Shown here piece after piece: positions 61,184 through 64,000 of a stretch of 64,000 nt of DNA. The position numbers and the translations under genes are program-made. A model generated the notes under the pieces. That model made no database searches, was not told where the DNA came from, and worked only from the letters and a program-made list of their open reading frames with translations. Source of the stretch: an uncultured Alphaproteobacteria bacterium (GTDB lineage: Bacteria; Pseudomonadota; Alphaproteobacteria; Acetobacterales; Acetobacteraceae); NCBI GenBank assembly GCA_963776505.1, contig CAVZNH010000070.1, positions 81,171 to 145,170 on the forward strand. The letters are read 5' to 3'. Position 1 is the stretch's first letter; each line of letters starts with the position of its first letter.

Positions 61184-62136
61184 GGAGCGTCCGGATACGA
61201 CAGGCCGAGCCGACGGCACATCTCCGCCGCGGCCTCCGCCGTGTCATCGAGCGGCGTCACCGGCCACAATTCCAGCCGTCCGTTGAATTCGCGCACGCGG
61301 CCGTCGCGCAGCAGCCCCTCGGTGAACAGGGCGTTGCGGCGCGACCGGCCCGGCAGTCGCGCCAGCATCACCGGCGCCGCAGTCGCCACCGCCTCGGACA
61401 CCATGGACACGCTGTCGATCGTGACCACGATCGCATCGGCCAGCGCCAGCATGCCGAAATACGGGTTGTCGCCGCTGCCGTCCCAGACATGGCCGCCGAG
61501 CGGCGCCAGCGTCTCGGCCAGCACGCGCGTCACCGCCGCATCGGTCCGGCGCGAGGGGGTGACCGCGACGCCGACACCGTCGTCCCGCATCATCGCCGCA
61601 AGCTGACCGGCGAGTTCGCTGCCGACCGCGGCGTCCAGCCTGAACCGGCCATTGCTGCCACCCACCAGCACCGCGACCAGCGGCCGCTTCAGGTGCGCCA
61701 GCCGTGGCCGCCACGCCTCCGCTGCGGCGGCAAGGCGCGCAGGCGTGACCCGATGCAGCGCGGTCCGCGTCACCACGACGTTCGGCCCCGTCAGCTCGTC
61801 GTGCCGGTTCACCACAATCAGGTCGAAGCGGCGTGGGTCCATGCGCGGATGCTGCACCTGCACGACCGGCCGGTCGTCCCGACGCAACGCCGCGCCGACC
61901 GCCGCCGCCACGCCGCCGCAGCCGATCACCAGCTCGGGCAGCGGCGCCCGCACCGCATCCGGCACCGCCGCCAGCGGCGAGGGCCAAAGCGATGCGGTCA
62001 CCCACTTCCACGGAGCGCGCGGCGCCAGCACGCGGATCTCGGGCTCCAGCCCGGCCGCCTCGGCGAGTCCAAGCGCCTGCGCCTGCAGCCCGGCATAGCC
62101 TTCGCTGAGAATCCACGACGTGGCGGTGGCCGACAT
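61177..62136 (-). CDS. ELM1/DUF1022-family protein (predicted glycosyltransferase-like)
   Basis: MSATATSWILSEGYAGLQAQALGLAEA..VAVLVGGSNGRF..VTPSRRT..NPYFGMLALAD resembles the family annotated as mitochondrial fission ELM1. The ORF-track start at 62658 is an extension. Confidence 0.7.
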   Translation of the reverse strand: MSATATSWILSEGYAGLQAQALGLAEAAGLEPEIRVLAPRAPWKWVTASLWPSPLAAVPDAVRAPLPELVIGCGGVAAAVGAALRRDDRPVVQVQHPRMDPRRFDLIVVNRHDELTGPNVVVTRTALHRVTPARLAAAAEAWRPRLAHLKRPLVAVLVGGSNGRFRLDAAVGSELAGQLAAMMRDDGVGVAVTPSRRTDAAVTRVLAETLAPLGGHVWDGSGDNPYFGMLALADAIVVTIDSVSMVSEAVATAAPVMLARLPGRSRRNALFTEGLLRDGRVREFNGRLELWPVTPLDDTAEAAAEMCRRLGLSYPDAPC

Positions 62137-62211
62137 GCGCGGCTTTTCGGCGCGTATCACGAGCCAGTCAACCAGTGGCCAGCGGGCACCGATCAGGGCA
62201 ATCTGGCCGCC

Positions 62212-63108
62212 ATGCAACGGGACCTGATCGGCTATGGCGCCAACCCACCCGACCCGAAATGGCCGGGCGGCGCGCGGCTCGCGCTGAACTTCGTGCTGAA
62301 CTACGAGGAAGGCTCGGAACCTTCGGTGCCCGACGGCGATCCCGCCTCCGAATGGGGCCTCACCGAGAACGGCATGCTGAACCCCGGCGTAAAGGGCCGC
62401 GATCTCGCCGCCGAGGGCATGTTCGCCTACGGCAGCCGCGTCGCCTTCTGGCGCGTCATGCGCCTGTTCGCCGAACGCAGCATCCCGCTCACCGTGTTCG
62501 GCTGCGCCCTGGCGCTGGAACGCCATCCTCCCGCCGCCGCCGCCATCCGTGCCGCCGGCCACGACGTCTGCTGCCACGGCTGGCGCTGGGAAAAGCACTA
62601 CGAACTGTCGGAAACCGAGGAGCGCGAGCGCATCCGCCGCGCCGTCGCCTCGCTGCAACAGACCATGGGCGAGCGTCCGCTCGGCTGGTACTGCCGCTAT
62701 GGACCCAGCCTGAACACCCGCAGCCTCCTGGTCGAAGAAGGCGGGTTTCTCTATGATTCAGATGCTTATGATGACGAATTGCCGTATTGGGTGACGGTCC
62801 AGGGCAAGCCGCATCTGGTCGTCCCCTACAGCCTCTCCACCAACGACTCGAAATTCGGCCGCGGCACCTTCGCCACCGGCGACGACTTCTTCACCTACTG
62901 CCGTGACGCTTTCGACTTCCTGTATCGCGAGGGCGCCACTCAGCCGCGCATGCTTTCCATCGGCCTGCATATGCGGATCATCGGCCATCCTGCCCGCGCC
63001 GGCGGCCTGGAGCGGCTGCTCGATCATGTGAGCCGGTTCTCCGGCGTCTGGATCACGCGCCGCATCGACATCGCCCGCCACTGGGCCGCCACCCATCCCC
63101 CAGCGTGA
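62212..63108 (+). CDS. PuuE-type allantoinase / polysaccharide deacetylase-family protein
   Basis: DLIGYGANPPDPKWPGGARLALNFVLNYEEGSE..HGWRW..PYSLSTNDSKF. Begins at the internal MQRDLIGYG of the 725-aa track ORF. Confidence 0.8.
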   Translation: MQRDLIGYGANPPDPKWPGGARLALNFVLNYEEGSEPSVPDGDPASEWGLTENGMLNPGVKGRDLAAEGMFAYGSRVAFWRVMRLFAERSIPLTVFGCALALERHPPAAAAIRAAGHDVCCHGWRWEKHYELSETEERERIRRAVASLQQTMGERPLGWYCRYGPSLNTRSLLVEEGGFLYDSDAYDDELPYWVTVQGKPHLVVPYSLSTNDSKFGRGTFATGDDFFTYCRDAFDFLYREGATQPRMLSIGLHMRIIGHPARAGGLERLLDHVSRFSGVWITRRIDIARHWAATHPPA

Positions 63109-64000
63109 TGGCGGAACCCCGCCGCATCCTGGTGGTGAAGCTTGGCGCCTTCGGCAACGTCGTCCTGTCGCTCGGCCCGTTCGCCGCGATCCGCCGCCAC
63201 CACGCCGGCGCCCATATCACCCTGCTGACCACCGCGCCCTTCGCCGACTGGCTGGCGCAATCGCCCTGGTTCGACACAATCTGGATCGACGAGCGGCCCG
63301 AGTGGTGGGATCTGTCCGGCTGGCGGCGGCTGCGGCGGCGGCTGATCGAGGGCAGGTTCGACCGCGCCTACGACCTCCAGACCTCCACCCGGTCCAACCG
63401 CTACTTCCATCTGTTTCCTCACAAGAGCCGTCCCGACTGGTCGGGCATCGCCTATGGCTGCGCGCTGCCCGATCGTGACCCGAACCGCAACCGGACGCAC
63501 GACATCGACCGCCAGTTCGGCCAGCTTCGCCAGGCCGGCATCGACCGCCGCGAACCCGTCGACCTGTCCTGGAGCCACGCCGATCTCACCCCCTTCGCTC
63601 TGCCGGCAAATTTCGCGCTGCTGGTGCCCGGCAGTTCGCCGCACCGTCCGGTTAAGCGCTGGCCGGCCGACCGCTATCGCGAACTGGCGGCGATGCTGAC
63701 CGAGCGCGGCATGTCGCCAGTGGTGATCGGTGCCGCGACCGAGCGGGACCTGGCGCGCGCAATCCCCGGCGCGCTCGATCTGACCGGCCGCACCGACTTC
63801 GCCCAGCTCACCAGCCTTGCCCGCGCCGCACGAATCGCCATCGGCAACGACACCGGACCGATGCACCTGCTCGCCGCCGCCGGCTGCCCATCCGTCGTGC
63901 TGTTCTCGCGCAACTCCGACCCGGCCCTCGTTGCACCGCGCGGCGCCAGCCGTCACGGTGCTCCGCCGCCCCGACCTCGCCGATCTCGACACCACGACGG
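63108..64000 (+). CDS. Family 9 glycosyltransferase (heptosyltransferase-like), 3' partial, absent from the ORF track, apparent frameshift near 63943
   Basis: My translation is MAEPRRILVVKLGAFGNVVLSLGPFAAIRRHH..LLVPGSSPHRPVKRWP..IGNDTGPMHLLAAAGCPSVVLF. The ATG overlaps the upstream TGA (GTGATGG). It runs off the window. Confidence 0.8.
   Translation, partial: MAEPRRILVVKLGAFGNVVLSLGPFAAIRRHHAGAHITLLTTAPFADWLAQSPWFDTIWIDERPEWWDLSGWRRLRRRLIEGRFDRAYDLQTSTRSNRYFHLFPHKSRPDWSGIAYGCALPDRDPNRNRTHDIDRQFGQLRQAGIDRREPVDLSWSHADLTPFALPANFALLVPGSSPHRPVKRWPADRYRELAAMLTERGMSPVVIGAATERDLARAIPGALDLTGRTDFAQLTSLARAARIAIGNDTGPMHLLAAAGCPSVVLFSRNSDPALVAPRGASRHGAPPPRPRRSRHHD

Noticed and set aside
60931-62211. N-terminal 427 codons of the 725-aa ORF that ends as the PuuE-like protein
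   Set aside because: This part is antisense to the ELM1-family gene and the 620-aa hypothetical and is Arg/Pro/His-rich. Recognisable PuuE sequence begins only at the internal Met at 62212.

Overview
This is a high-GC alphaproteobacterial chromosome segment. Gene content and repeat types look most like Bradyrhizobiaceae/Nitrobacteraceae, but that is recognition only, with no search run. It is mostly core genome. It holds trpS, rpmH-rnpA-yidD-yidC-engB, mreB plus mreC-mreD-mrdA-rodA, glmU-glmS, a class II DAHP synthase and tRNA-Val(CAC). It also holds three ABC importers (LIV-type, sugar-type, peptide-type), two MFS transporters, a sensor kinase, three orphan receiver proteins and an envelope-glycan locus (ELM1-family, PuuE-like deacetylase, GT9). 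I recognised no rRNA, CRISPR, transposase, integrase or clear defence island, and no convincing new multi-gene system. The best second-look candidates are: (1) a three-polypeptide, cobalt-type nitrile-hydratase-like enzyme with a split beta subunit, divergent from a LIV-type importer; (2) an uncharacterised ~620-aa protein translationally coupled to an ELM1-family gene; (3) an orphan CI-like/Ner-like switch with no prophage; (4) a strand-polarised C-rich/G-rich repeat family of five copies with G-quadruplex potential, one copy inside a coding N-terminus. Major caveat: about twenty genes read as frameshifted, including essential ones (yidC, rnpA, engB, glmS, mreB). The shifts I inspected sit at short homopolymer runs, so this looks like uncorrected indel error rather than gene decay. 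Several real genes are therefore split in, or absent from, the ORF track (rpmH, a secreted Cys-containing protein, the 3' GT9 gene). Product calls rest on motif and family recognition by eye, and coordinates of frameshifted genes are approximate.
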